A stretch of DNA of 59,039 nt, from positions 1 through 59,039 of IMG/VR virus record IMGVR_UViG_3300036975_000019; one strand, 5' to 3'. Positions 1 through 8,607 of this stretch are shown piece by piece. Each line of letters starts with the position of its first letter. The first letter of the stretch is position 1. Origin of the DNA: a virus (lineage: Duplodnaviria > Caudoviricetes). A program made the position numbers and the translations under genes. The notes under the pieces were generated by a model that was given only the letters and a program-made list of their open reading frames with translations, did no database searches and had not been told where the DNA came from.

Positions 1-127
1 CCGAGGCCAAAAGCGATTGGATCACGGTGTTTCTGTGGACTTCGTGCGACTGGCCTAAGGGCGCGATGGCCCATTTTGACGACTTTTTATTGCAGGTCGA
101 AGATGACGAATCGCCGCCAGAAAATGG
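1..127. repeat. Terminal direct repeat (copy 1), identical to 58913-59039; circular assembly overlap
   Basis: Exact 127-nt match of the window start and end; the reading frame continues across the join. Confidence 0.95.
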
Positions 128-251
128 CGATATTGTCACGCAATTGTCACGAATGGCGGACGCGTTGGAGAAATTGGCTGCGCTGGATTGGGGTGAGGCG
201 CAGTCCAGATTGTGTATCCAGGCAATAAGCAGACAGATGAGGGAGCTATGA
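1..251 (+). CDS. C-terminal part of the junction-spanning carbohydrate-binding-like protein (starts at 58450)
   Basis: In frame with the open frame from GTG 58450; ends ...ISRQMREL and overlaps the next ATG (ATGA). Confidence 0.75.
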   Translation, partial: EAKSDWITVFLWTSCDWPKGAMAHFDDFLLQVEDDESPPENGDIVTQLSRMADALEKLAALDWGEAQSRLCIQAISRQMREL

Positions 252-1093
252 CAACGGTGACGGTTATGATCCCGTCGCGCAACGAACCGCTCCTTAACAA
301 AACAATAGAAGACTTGCTCACAAAAGCGCGGGGCGAGATTGAGATTATCGCCGTCCTGGATGGGTACTGGCCTGAATCGGTGATCAGTGATGACAGGGTG
401 CATTATATCCACTTTGGCGTTTCGCGCGGAATGCGCCCTGGGCTGAATGCCGCATTTGCCATCTCTCACGGGCAGTATGTAATGAAATTGGACGCGCACT
501 GTATGGTTAGTGCGGGATTTGATGTGATACTGTCCGAGGCGTGCCGCGAGAACTGGGTGTGCGTTCCGTCTCGGTATAGTCTGGACGGCGAACAGTGGCG
601 GCGTGTTTGCGTCGGCGGCAGGCATCCGATCAATCATCTCTACATCGACCTGTCAAATGATGGTCTCAACGGTAAAGAGTGGCAGAAAAAAAACGGGCCG
701 CAGTCAGTTGATGGTCCTGAAATTGAGGATATCATAATCTGCCAGGGGTCGTGCTATTTTATGCACCGCAATCACTGGACGGCAATGGGTCTGTTGGACG
801 TGGAACATTACGGCACGTTTCGCAAAGATCCGCAGGAAGTGTGTTGGAAAACGCTCACAACCGGTGGGCGCGTGGTTCGCGTCAAATCATGCTGGTATGC
901 TCACCTCCACAAGGGGCGCCGGTGGGGTCGGGGTTACAAGCTCGGACAGGCCGATTATCGCAAAGGCGACGAATACGTAAAACAGTGGTGGACAGATTCG
1001 GCTTTTGATGGTCAACAAATTCCATTTCGTGAAATTGTCCGGCGATTTCCAGATATGCCGGGATGGGAGGGACATGAGTGGATGACATCCTGA
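248..1093 (+). CDS. Glycosyltransferase family 2
   Basis: VTVMIPSRNE...IIAVLDG...GMRPGLNAA...MKLDAHC GT-A motifs; GAGGGAG RBS before ATG 248. Confidence 0.9.
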   Translation: MTTVTVMIPSRNEPLLNKTIEDLLTKARGEIEIIAVLDGYWPESVISDDRVHYIHFGVSRGMRPGLNAAFAISHGQYVMKLDAHCMVSAGFDVILSEACRENWVCVPSRYSLDGEQWRRVCVGGRHPINHLYIDLSNDGLNGKEWQKKNGPQSVDGPEIEDIIICQGSCYFMHRNHWTAMGLLDVEHYGTFRKDPQEVCWKTLTTGGRVVRVKSCWYAHLHKGRRWGRGYKLGQADYRKGDEYVKQWWTDSAFDGQQIPFREIVRRFPDMPGWEGHEWMTS

Positions 1094-1773
1094 TTAGTGT
1101 CTGCATTCCGGTGATGAACCGCCGCCACGATTTAGAGCGCACGATAGGCAAGACACTTGCCGCCGCAAAGATCAGCCCACCAATCAACGTGTGCATACTA
1201 GATTATGGTAGCAGTGGCGGATTGAGCGAATTTATGGAGGCCTTGGTGCCTATGCCGATAGTGTTCAATAAGCGAAACAACATCGTCTATGCCCGGTACA
1301 ATGCCGATCATTATCACAATGCACACGCCTGGAATATGGCAGCGAGAATGGGCGCGGGTGAATATCTCGTTATGGCGGGCGCCGACGCATTATTTGATTT
1401 GCACTATTTTGTCGAGATTCGCCGCTTGATTGACGGGGGCGCGATCTGGATGCGCGGGCCGCATTTCAAGGGCATCATTTGCGTACAGCGTGACGAGTTT
1501 GACGCGGCGGGCGGATATGACGAGCAGTTTGAATTTTACGGATCAGAGGACAAGGATCTTGAGGCGCGGCTTACTAGGCGCGGTGGTCAATTCGGCCTCG
1601 TGCCCGACAGTCTGGTCAGCGTTCTTCGCACGCCTAACAGCGAAAAGACGCGGAACTATCGGGGGAATATGACCAAGCAGGAAATGATCGAGCACAACCG
1701 GCGAATCCTGGAAGCAAATAATCAGGCGGGCGTTCTGGTAGCCAATGAGGGGCGGGTATGGGGACAGTGGTAA
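1078..1773 (+). CDS. Glycosyltransferase family 2 with GT7C-like C-terminus
   Basis: ISVCIPVMNR, LDYGS, GAD, GGYDEQFEFYGSEDKDL motifs. Confidence 0.88.
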   Translation: MDDILISVCIPVMNRRHDLERTIGKTLAAAKISPPINVCILDYGSSGGLSEFMEALVPMPIVFNKRNNIVYARYNADHYHNAHAWNMAARMGAGEYLVMAGADALFDLHYFVEIRRLIDGGAIWMRGPHFKGIICVQRDEFDAAGGYDEQFEFYGSEDKDLEARLTRRGGQFGLVPDSLVSVLRTPNSEKTRNYRGNMTKQEMIEHNRRILEANNQAGVLVANEGRVWGQW

Positions 1774-2357
1774 TTGTCGATTTCGCCCACTGTGGCACGA
1801 CGATGCTGGCCGGCATCATTCACCTACTGGGCGTGCCGATGGTCGGGCATGACTATAATGCCGCCAAATGGGAGGATTTTGAAATTAGTCGAGCATTGCA
1901 GAATGGCGAGGCAGCATTTGCAGCCGTGGCGAGGGAGCGAGACGCGACTTTTGGGAATTGGGGGTTCAAATGCCCCGGCATCTGGAATCAGATCGATGTA
2001 CTCGACCGCGTGTTGATTGAGCCGGTCTATCTGGCAATATTCAAAGATCCGGTCAGTGTTACCCTGAGGCGGTTCGGCAATGACAACGGGCGGCGATTTC
2101 GCTATCTCAACGATACTATGCGTCAGATGAAAAAGGCCATCGACGGAATGGGCGCAACGGGCCGCGACATTTCGCTATTCAGTTACAGTCGGGCGGTAGG
2201 TGCGCCGTGGCAATTCGTGCGAAAAGTGGCGAGCGTGATCGGCGCTATACCAACAGCCAAGCAAGCTGAAGCTGCGGCGGGATTCATTCGGCCAAACACC
2301 GGCGGGCCGAGGACGGATTATCCGGCAGTGTGGGAGTATATAGCGCAGTATGATTGA
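1758..2357 (+). CDS. Sulfotransferase-like P-loop protein
   Basis: N-terminal VIVDFAHCGTTMLAGII resembles the PAPS-binding loop (RSGTS-type); WGFKCP; IFKDPVSV resembles the RDP motif. Confidence 0.6.
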   Translation: MGTVVIVDFAHCGTTMLAGIIHLLGVPMVGHDYNAAKWEDFEISRALQNGEAAFAAVARERDATFGNWGFKCPGIWNQIDVLDRVLIEPVYLAIFKDPVSVTLRRFGNDNGRRFRYLNDTMRQMKKAIDGMGATGRDISLFSYSRAVGAPWQFVRKVASVIGAIPTAKQAEAAAGFIRPNTGGPRTDYPAVWEYIAQYD

Positions 2358-2365
2358 GGGAGAAA

Positions 2366-2596
2366 ATGAGCTATTCACCTACGCCTGAAAAATCTACAGA
2401 GGTGATGGATTTTCCAGCAGCAATGCAGGCAGTGATCGGCGGGAAATTCATTACCAGGATCGAATGGAACGATTCGACGATCCTGGGCGGGCGGCATAAC
2501 GGGATTTTGATGTTGTATATTAACAACGATTGGCACCAGTGGATTGTCAGCGATGGCGATCTGCTGGGGCAGGACTGGATTGTTCTCGGTGATTGA
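2366..2596 (+). CDS. DUF2829 / Tad2-like protein (putative anti-Thoeris nucleotide sponge)
   Basis: MDFPAAMQAV..GKFITRIEWN...WIVSDGDLLGQDW matches the family pattern F..A+..+..G..+.R..WN...W..S..D+LA.DW. Confidence 0.7.
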   Translation: MSYSPTPEKSTEVMDFPAAMQAVIGGKFITRIEWNDSTILGGRHNGILMLYINNDWHQWIVSDGDLLGQDWIVLGD

Positions 2597-3548
2597 TTTA
2601 TCCGTTCTCATTCCGGCACGCAACGAGCGATGGTTGGCGCGAACGATTGCCGACATTCTGGAAAATAGCCGGGCCGAAACCGAGATCATTACCGTTCTGG
2701 ATGGTGCGTGGGCCGATCCGCCGATATTACAGAACGATCGGGTGACGGTTGTGTACCATCCGGTGAGCGTCGGTCAGCGAGCAGCAACAAACGAGGCGGC
2801 GCGACTGGCGCGGGGCCAATTTATAATGAAGTGTGACGCGCACTGCGCCTTCGGGGCCGGATTTGATGTAGCACTGATGTCGCGTTGTGAGCCGATGGAT
2901 ACGGTAATGCCCGAACAGCGCAATCTGCATGTATTCGACTGGCAGTGTCAGAAATGCGGGGCGCGGTGGTACATGGGACCGGAGCCGACAGAGTGCCCGG
3001 AGTGCGACAATACAAGCGAGTTTGAACGCATCGAGATATGGCAGCCGAAGGCGAACAGTCGAAATCGGCATTACTGTTTCGATAGTCAATTGCATTTTCA
3101 GTATTGGCGCGATTACAAAAAGCGCGCCGGCAATGGGGTAATGGTCGAATCAATGTCGCTACTCGGCGCGTGTTGGATGATGCACAGGGTGCGTTATTCT
3201 GAGATTGGCGGGCTTGATGAACGGCACGGCTCGTGGGGCCAGATGGGGACTGAGGTCGCGTGCAAAACGTGGCTGTCCGGCGGGCGGCTATTGACCAATC
3301 GGGCGACGTGGTTCGCGCACATGTTCAGAACGCGCAAGGGATTTTCATTTCCCTATCCGATGCGAAGCCAAGATCAACGGCGAGCGCGCGAGCATTCGTG
3401 GTGGTTATGGGCAGAAAGCAACTGGGAACAACCACACAAACCGCTATCGTGGTTGCTGGATAGATTCTGGCCGATTGTGCAGGGCGATGTCGAGCACTGG
3501 ACGGCAGTGGATAGGGAGGCACAGAGGAAAAGAGATTGTGGCAACTAA
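2589..3548 (+). CDS. Glycosyltransferase family 2 with inserted zinc ribbon
   Basis: LSVLIPARNE, MKCDAHC, LDERHGSWG; CQKC...CPEC insertion; paralogous to 248-1093. Confidence 0.88.
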   Translation: MIDLSVLIPARNERWLARTIADILENSRAETEIITVLDGAWADPPILQNDRVTVVYHPVSVGQRAATNEAARLARGQFIMKCDAHCAFGAGFDVALMSRCEPMDTVMPEQRNLHVFDWQCQKCGARWYMGPEPTECPECDNTSEFERIEIWQPKANSRNRHYCFDSQLHFQYWRDYKKRAGNGVMVESMSLLGACWMMHRVRYSEIGGLDERHGSWGQMGTEVACKTWLSGGRLLTNRATWFAHMFRTRKGFSFPYPMRSQDQRRAREHSWWLWAESNWEQPHKPLSWLLDRFWPIVQGDVEHWTAVDREAQRKRDCGN

Positions 3549-4224
3549 AGCCTGCCTCTATTATACGTGCTCGACGCTCGATTCTCGCATTGCGCGGGCC
3601 TGTAGGGAGCAATTGGACAGAGCACGAGGAAGTATACCGCTGGTGAGCGTGTCTCGTTCGCCGCTTGGATACGGGCAGAAAACGATTGTCATTCATGGCG
3701 AGCGAGGCGTAGAGACAATGCACCGGCAGATTGTAGCCGGTCTAAAGGCAATTGAATCTGATGTTGTTTTTATGTGTGAGCATGATGTTTTGTATCACCC
3801 ATCACATTTTGAATTTACACCGTCGCGCCAGGACGTGTTTTATTACAATACGAATGTCTGGAAATTGCGATACGATGATGGACACGCAGTCTGGACGGAC
3901 GATCTACAGCAGGTAAGCGGGCTGTGCGCCTGGCGTGAAATGTTGCTTGAATATTACTCGAAGCGATTGGTTAAATTGTGGGTCGACGGCTGGGACAGGC
4001 ATTATGAGCCGGGGCCGAAAACGGGAAATTACCGAACCGAGAATTGGCAAAGTCCGCATTGCAATCTAGACATTCGGCATGGGCGCAATCAGACCAGAAG
4101 CAAGTGGAAGCCGTCCGAATTTCGCAATCAGCGCTATGCAAAAGGCTGGCGGGAAACGGACGACATTCTGCCGGGATGGGGCAAAACGGGGCGCGAGATA
4201 GTCGAGGACATACGATGCAACTAA
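3538..4224 (+). CDS. GT-A fold glycosyltransferase-like protein
   Basis: GLKAIESDVVFMCEHDVLYHPSHF (ExD-type metal motif); DIRH; located in the GT cluster. Confidence 0.65.
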   Translation: MATKACLYYTCSTLDSRIARACREQLDRARGSIPLVSVSRSPLGYGQKTIVIHGERGVETMHRQIVAGLKAIESDVVFMCEHDVLYHPSHFEFTPSRQDVFYYNTNVWKLRYDDGHAVWTDDLQQVSGLCAWREMLLEYYSKRLVKLWVDGWDRHYEPGPKTGNYRTENWQSPHCNLDIRHGRNQTRSKWKPSEFRNQRYAKGWRETDDILPGWGKTGREIVEDIRCN

Positions 4225-4469
4225 TTCAGGACGCAGATGGCACTGTCTGGAAATACCAGGGCGATACGCCGCCAGCGGGCTGCCGTTGGATGTCGCCAAA
4301 CGTGGGCACAGTCAAAATCGCAGGGGAATGGCGAGGACCGACGGGTGAAAAGAGAGTGCCTTGTGAGATATACAGTCGCGTAGTTGGCTACATTCGCCCG
4401 GTGAGGCAGTGGAATGTCGGCAAGCGCCGCGAATGGGCGGATCGGGTGACATATAGGGTGGAATTGTGA
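4215..4469 (+). CDS. Stand-alone NrdD-type glycyl-radical domain protein
   Basis: CEIYSRVVGYIRPVRQWNVGKRREWADR is the class III RNR C-terminal glycyl-radical motif; GAGGA RBS. Confidence 0.75.
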   Translation: MQLIQDADGTVWKYQGDTPPAGCRWMSPNVGTVKIAGEWRGPTGEKRVPCEIYSRVVGYIRPVRQWNVGKRREWADRVTYRVEL

Positions 4470-4690
4470 GCGAGGGAACAGCGGTTCATTTTTGGGCGCT
4501 TATTGCCAAGGTTCAAACAATGGCGGATGGCGGATTGAGAGTTTATCTCGATCTGCCAGAGGACGCAGTTGAGACGGTGGCCGTCTTGATGGAATATAAA
4601 CGGCACGGGGTTGTGGCCGATGTGAGAATACAGCCGAGACAGGAAGATGACAGCGGAAAATCGGGAAAAACAAGTAAACCCAAGCTCTGA
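4466..4690 (+). CDS. Hypothetical phage protein
   Basis: Translationally coupled ORF (GTGA overlap) upstream of the terminase. Confidence 0.6.
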   Translation: MSEGTAVHFWALIAKVQTMADGGLRVYLDLPEDAVETVAVLMEYKRHGVVADVRIQPRQEDDSGKSGKTSKPKL

Positions 4691-5096
4691 GCAGTTAGAG
4701 ACTATCTTGGCGCAGTTGACAACAGATCAGATGCGCTTTATCGTGGCGCGTCAAGACGTGGCTACCGATAAAGCCGCTGCTGAGCAAATTGGTGTATCGC
4801 CTGACACTATTTCGAGATGGAAACGCGAAGGCGTACCGATTGACGAGGCGGTGCGGTTGATGGCCTTTGATGGATTGGTGACAGCGCTGCATATCCGCAA
4901 GCGAAACCTAGCCAAGGCGATGGCCGTCAAGGTCGCAGGACTGAATAGCGACGATGAGCGGTTGCGTCAAGGTGTAGCAACCGAGGTCATAGAATGGGAG
5001 TTGGGTAGGGCGACAAGTCGGCAGGAAGTTAGCGGCAAAGACGGCGGTCCGCTTGTCGTCAACTTTACCAGCAACGTAGACGATGGCAAACTATGA
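4647..5096 (+). CDS. terS: Terminase small subunit (HTH)
   Basis: HTH (DKAAAEQIGVSPDTISRWK); C-terminal EVSGKDGGPL typical of TerS; directly upstream of TerL. Confidence 0.75.
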   Translation: MTAENREKQVNPSSEQLETILAQLTTDQMRFIVARQDVATDKAAAEQIGVSPDTISRWKREGVPIDEAVRLMAFDGLVTALHIRKRNLAKAMAVKVAGLNSDDERLRQGVATEVIEWELGRATSRQEVSGKDGGPLVVNFTSNVDDGKL

Positions 5097-6426
5097 TGTT
5101 GATCTATCGTTCTATGGCGATAACAAGGCGGCGATAGAATGTCAAGCGCCAGAGGTGTTGCTCATTGGCCCGGCAGAAACGGGCAAAACCATCGCACTGT
5201 TGTGGAAATTACATCGGATCGCGTTCAAATATTCAAACGCAAGCCTGGTGATTTTGCGAAAAACTTTAACATCAACATACGGAACTGTGCTGCGAACGTT
5301 CCAGGAGAAAGTTGTTGGAGAAACAGGCCTGAAATTGTGCGTCGATACCTATGGCGGCGAAAAGGCGCAATGGTTCGACTATCCGAATGGATCACGAATC
5401 TGGGTCGCCGGCCTGGACAAATCGAGCCGTATTCTGTCAGCAGAGCACGATATTATATACGTCAATCAGGCCGAAGAGCTGACAATGGACGACTGGGAGA
5501 CGCTGACCACACGCACGACGGGCAGAGCGGGCCACATTCCACATCCGCAAACGATAGGCGATGCCAACCCAACTTATCCATCGCATTGGATGTACAAGCG
5601 AGAGACGATTCGGCGCTTCTACTCGTGGCACCGGGACAACCCGACGCTGTACGATGGACAGGAATGGACAAGGCAGGGCGAGGAGACGCTCCGCCGGCTG
5701 GCCAACTTAACGGGGCTGCGGCGGGTACGGCTATTCGAGGGCAAAGCAGCGCAGGCAGAGGGCGTTGTATATGAGGATTGGAACGAAGCGATCCACGTCA
5801 TCGAGCCGTTTGCGATTCCCGACGATTGGCGGCGATTTCGCGTCGTCGATTTCGGATTCACAAATGCCTTTGTCTGCCAGTGGTGGGCAGTTGACCACGA
5901 TGGACGCATGTATTTGTATCGGGAAATCTATCATACCAAGCGGCTTGTCGAGGACCACGCTCGGCAGATTGTGGCACTGAGCGAGGGCGAGCGAGTCGAG
6001 GCGACAGTATGCGACCACGACGCAGAGGATCGAGCAACATTGGAACGGCATGGAGTGCCAACGATTGCGGCACAAAAAGCGGTGACGGTGGGCATTCAGG
6101 CAGTACAGGCGCGGCTGAGAGTGCAAAAGGACGACAAGCCGAGGCTGTATGTATTCAGGGGCGCGCTGGTCGAACTCGATCCAGAGTTGGATACAGAACA
6201 TAAACCGACCTGTACGAAGGATGAATTTGCCGGCTATATCTGGGAAAAGACGCCCGATGGCAAGCCGAACAAAGAGACGCCGCATAAGGCCGACGATCAC
6301 GGAATGGATGCTGTACGATACGGGGTGATGTATCTGGACAATGAGACGCAGAGCAGCGGCGAGACCGTACACGCCGATCCAGAAATATATCGAGTCGAAC
6401 ACAAGAGCAGATTGTGGGATAGGTGA
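5083..6426 (+). CDS. terL: Terminase large subunit (PBSX-like)
   Basis: Walker A GPAETGKT; DANP motif; nuclease VDFGFTN...DDHGMDAVRY. Confidence 0.93.
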   Translation: MANYDVDLSFYGDNKAAIECQAPEVLLIGPAETGKTIALLWKLHRIAFKYSNASLVILRKTLTSTYGTVLRTFQEKVVGETGLKLCVDTYGGEKAQWFDYPNGSRIWVAGLDKSSRILSAEHDIIYVNQAEELTMDDWETLTTRTTGRAGHIPHPQTIGDANPTYPSHWMYKRETIRRFYSWHRDNPTLYDGQEWTRQGEETLRRLANLTGLRRVRLFEGKAAQAEGVVYEDWNEAIHVIEPFAIPDDWRRFRVVDFGFTNAFVCQWWAVDHDGRMYLYREIYHTKRLVEDHARQIVALSEGERVEATVCDHDAEDRATLERHGVPTIAAQKAVTVGIQAVQARLRVQKDDKPRLYVFRGALVELDPELDTEHKPTCTKDEFAGYIWEKTPDGKPNKETPHKADDHGMDAVRYGVMYLDNETQSSGETVHADPEIYRVEHKSRLWDR

Positions 6427-6432
6427 GGGAAA

Positions 6433-6882
6433 ATGGTATATCTAGAGTTCGACAATGGGCGCGTATACCTAAAAGACGAAGACGGCAGGCGGTTGTGGGA
6501 AAATATACCTGCTGGCTGGTGGAAGTGTAGATATTGTGGTGGGCTGGTACAGGATAGTGAATCAAAATGTCCAAACTGTTACGGCGGGCGCAAACCCGAA
6601 TATCCCAAGCTGCCCCGCAATTTGAAAACAAGGCGGGGGATACTTGAGTTCACATACGAAATGGTATATGGAATGAAGCCGGGAACCCGTCTGCCATTAC
6701 CAGATGAGACAATCGTTTATGGCGATGGGTGGTTCATTCATTTTGCAACCGATACCTATATGCTCAAAGTGATGAGTCCAACGTTACCTTATCAGGTGCG
6801 AGAGGGCGAGCAACTATACCGATACGCGCCCATTTGGGAATATGACGAAACAGGTATGGCAACGTTCAAAGGCTGGACATAA
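6433..6882 (+). CDS. Hypothetical zinc-ribbon protein between terL and portal
   Basis: WKCRYCG...CPNC; RBS GAGGG. Confidence 0.6.
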   Translation: MVYLEFDNGRVYLKDEDGRRLWENIPAGWWKCRYCGGLVQDSESKCPNCYGGRKPEYPKLPRNLKTRRGILEFTYEMVYGMKPGTRLPLPDETIVYGDGWFIHFATDTYMLKVMSPTLPYQVREGEQLYRYAPIWEYDETGMATFKGWT

Positions 6883-8549
6883 TGACAAAACGAAGACCAA
6901 TCAGATCGCGCATACTCGAATGGCTAGACGCTGCCCCACGCAACGCAGTGGAAAGCGCTTGGACTCGTGGCTATGAATCGGGCTATGAGGATGGCAATGA
7001 CGAGCCGACGCAAGGCACCGTTCGTTCACAGGGCTACACGAGGGCGACGGCAGCCGGCAGTGCCATCAAGGAGCTGGGCGACCTAGACCACGACAAATTA
7101 CTCAATGTGGTGTGGGCCATTTTCCTATCGAATCCGGTCGCCAAGCGCTATTTGCAAATCAAGCGCGATTACATTTTAGGTCGGGGCGTACAGCCGACGA
7201 CAGAGGACGAGGCGCTGCAGGAATTGCTCGATGCCTTTTGGATTGACAATGACCTCGACCGGCGATTGAGAAAATTCGTCCTGCAGTGGCGGCTATTTGG
7301 CGAGCAGTGTTATCCCGTATTTGTCCGCGAGTCGGACGGGCGTGTACGGCTCGGCTATTTTGATCCGACGCAAATTGAGGATGTAATATTGCATCCTGAA
7401 AACGCACTTGAAAAATGGGCCGTCGTCATCAAGCGCCAGAACGCGGCAAAAGTCAAGAATTGGCAATTTGTGCGGCGCGACAAGCAGGTGTATCGCATCG
7501 TCCGCAGGGCTGAGCCGGTAGTGATGGATGATGATACTGTTGCCACCGTAGAGCATGAGGGTCGGCTTGTCACCTGGGAGCAAACGGCGCTTGAACCCTG
7601 GGAAGAGAAAATGCTGGCCGACCACGGCCTAAAAGAATACACCGGCACGTGCTTTTATTTTACCGTCAACGATGTAGCCAACCAGAAACGAGGCTATAGC
7701 GATTTGTTGCAGGTTGTGGATTGGCTCGACCAACTCGACAACACGCTTTTTTCTCTGGCCGACCGGGAGGAATTGGCGGCGCTGTTCTCCTGGGATGTGA
7801 CGTTAAAAGATGCAGATGAGCCGCGCGTCAAAGAGCGGGCGCGACAAATTCGCAAAAATCCGCCGAAACGCGGCAGTTTCCGCGTTCACAATGACAAAGA
7901 AGCGTGGGAAATGAAAATCGCCGATCTCAAGCAGATTGGCACGGTCCAGACGGAAAAAGCTTTGCTCATTCATTCGCTGGGCGGGTTGGGCATGCCGCAT
8001 CACTGGTATGGGTATGGCGACGATACCAATCGGGCTACGGCACATGAGCAAAATCAACCATCCTGGCGCACAATGGAACACGATCAGGACGAGACAAAGG
8101 ATGCCATTTTGTTCATACTCCAATTTGTGCGCGATCAGGCACTCATTGCGCGTATCTGGTCCGGTGAGGCGGATGTAGATTTGCAAATGCCCGAGATGTC
8201 TGGCAGTGACATCAAATTGCTATCCGAGTCATCCGGGCAATTGGCTGTCGGTCTGGCGACAGCAAAAAAAGAGGGCTGGATCACGACCGACACGGCGGCA
8301 GAGGTATGGGCGACATTGATGGCTGAGTTGGGTGTGACGTATGTGCCATCTGAGGAAGTCGAGTTGGCAAAAGCCGAACAGGATGCAAAGCCGCCGCCCC
8401 TGCCACCGCCATTCATGGGGCAGCAGACAGATAGCGGAACAGAGCCAGATATAGGTGAGGAGAACGAACAGGAATATTTAGAGGAGGTGATGGCAGCGGC
8501 AAGCGCTGCCCCCTTTCCGAGAAGCGATCCCTGGGGCCGTTATCCGTAG
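6882..8549 (+). CDS. Portal protein
   Basis: Position after terL; size; NPVAKRY..IKRDYILGRG, FGEQCYP, GYSDLLQVVDWLD, NRATA motifs typical of portals. Confidence 0.85.
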   Translation: MTKRRPIRSRILEWLDAAPRNAVESAWTRGYESGYEDGNDEPTQGTVRSQGYTRATAAGSAIKELGDLDHDKLLNVVWAIFLSNPVAKRYLQIKRDYILGRGVQPTTEDEALQELLDAFWIDNDLDRRLRKFVLQWRLFGEQCYPVFVRESDGRVRLGYFDPTQIEDVILHPENALEKWAVVIKRQNAAKVKNWQFVRRDKQVYRIVRRAEPVVMDDDTVATVEHEGRLVTWEQTALEPWEEKMLADHGLKEYTGTCFYFTVNDVANQKRGYSDLLQVVDWLDQLDNTLFSLADREELAALFSWDVTLKDADEPRVKERARQIRKNPPKRGSFRVHNDKEAWEMKIADLKQIGTVQTEKALLIHSLGGLGMPHHWYGYGDDTNRATAHEQNQPSWRTMEHDQDETKDAILFILQFVRDQALIARIWSGEADVDLQMPEMSGSDIKLLSESSGQLAVGLATAKKEGWITTDTAAEVWATLMAELGVTYVPSEEVELAKAEQDAKPPPLPPPFMGQQTDSGTEPDIGEENEQEYLEEVMAAASAAPFPRSDPWGRYP

Positions 8550-8607
8550 AAACCTGGACGGTGAACCCGATCCGCAAGGTGGCGAAAAGGATCGGTCTGA
8601 GTATGAA

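Noticed and set aside
1-127. Biological direct terminal repeat
   Set aside because: 127 nt equals a common assembler k-mer and the repeat falls mid-gene, so it is most likely a circular overlap
4044-4469. Full anaerobic ribonucleotide reductase
   Set aside because: Only the C-terminal motif is present; the upstream extension overlaps a GT gene
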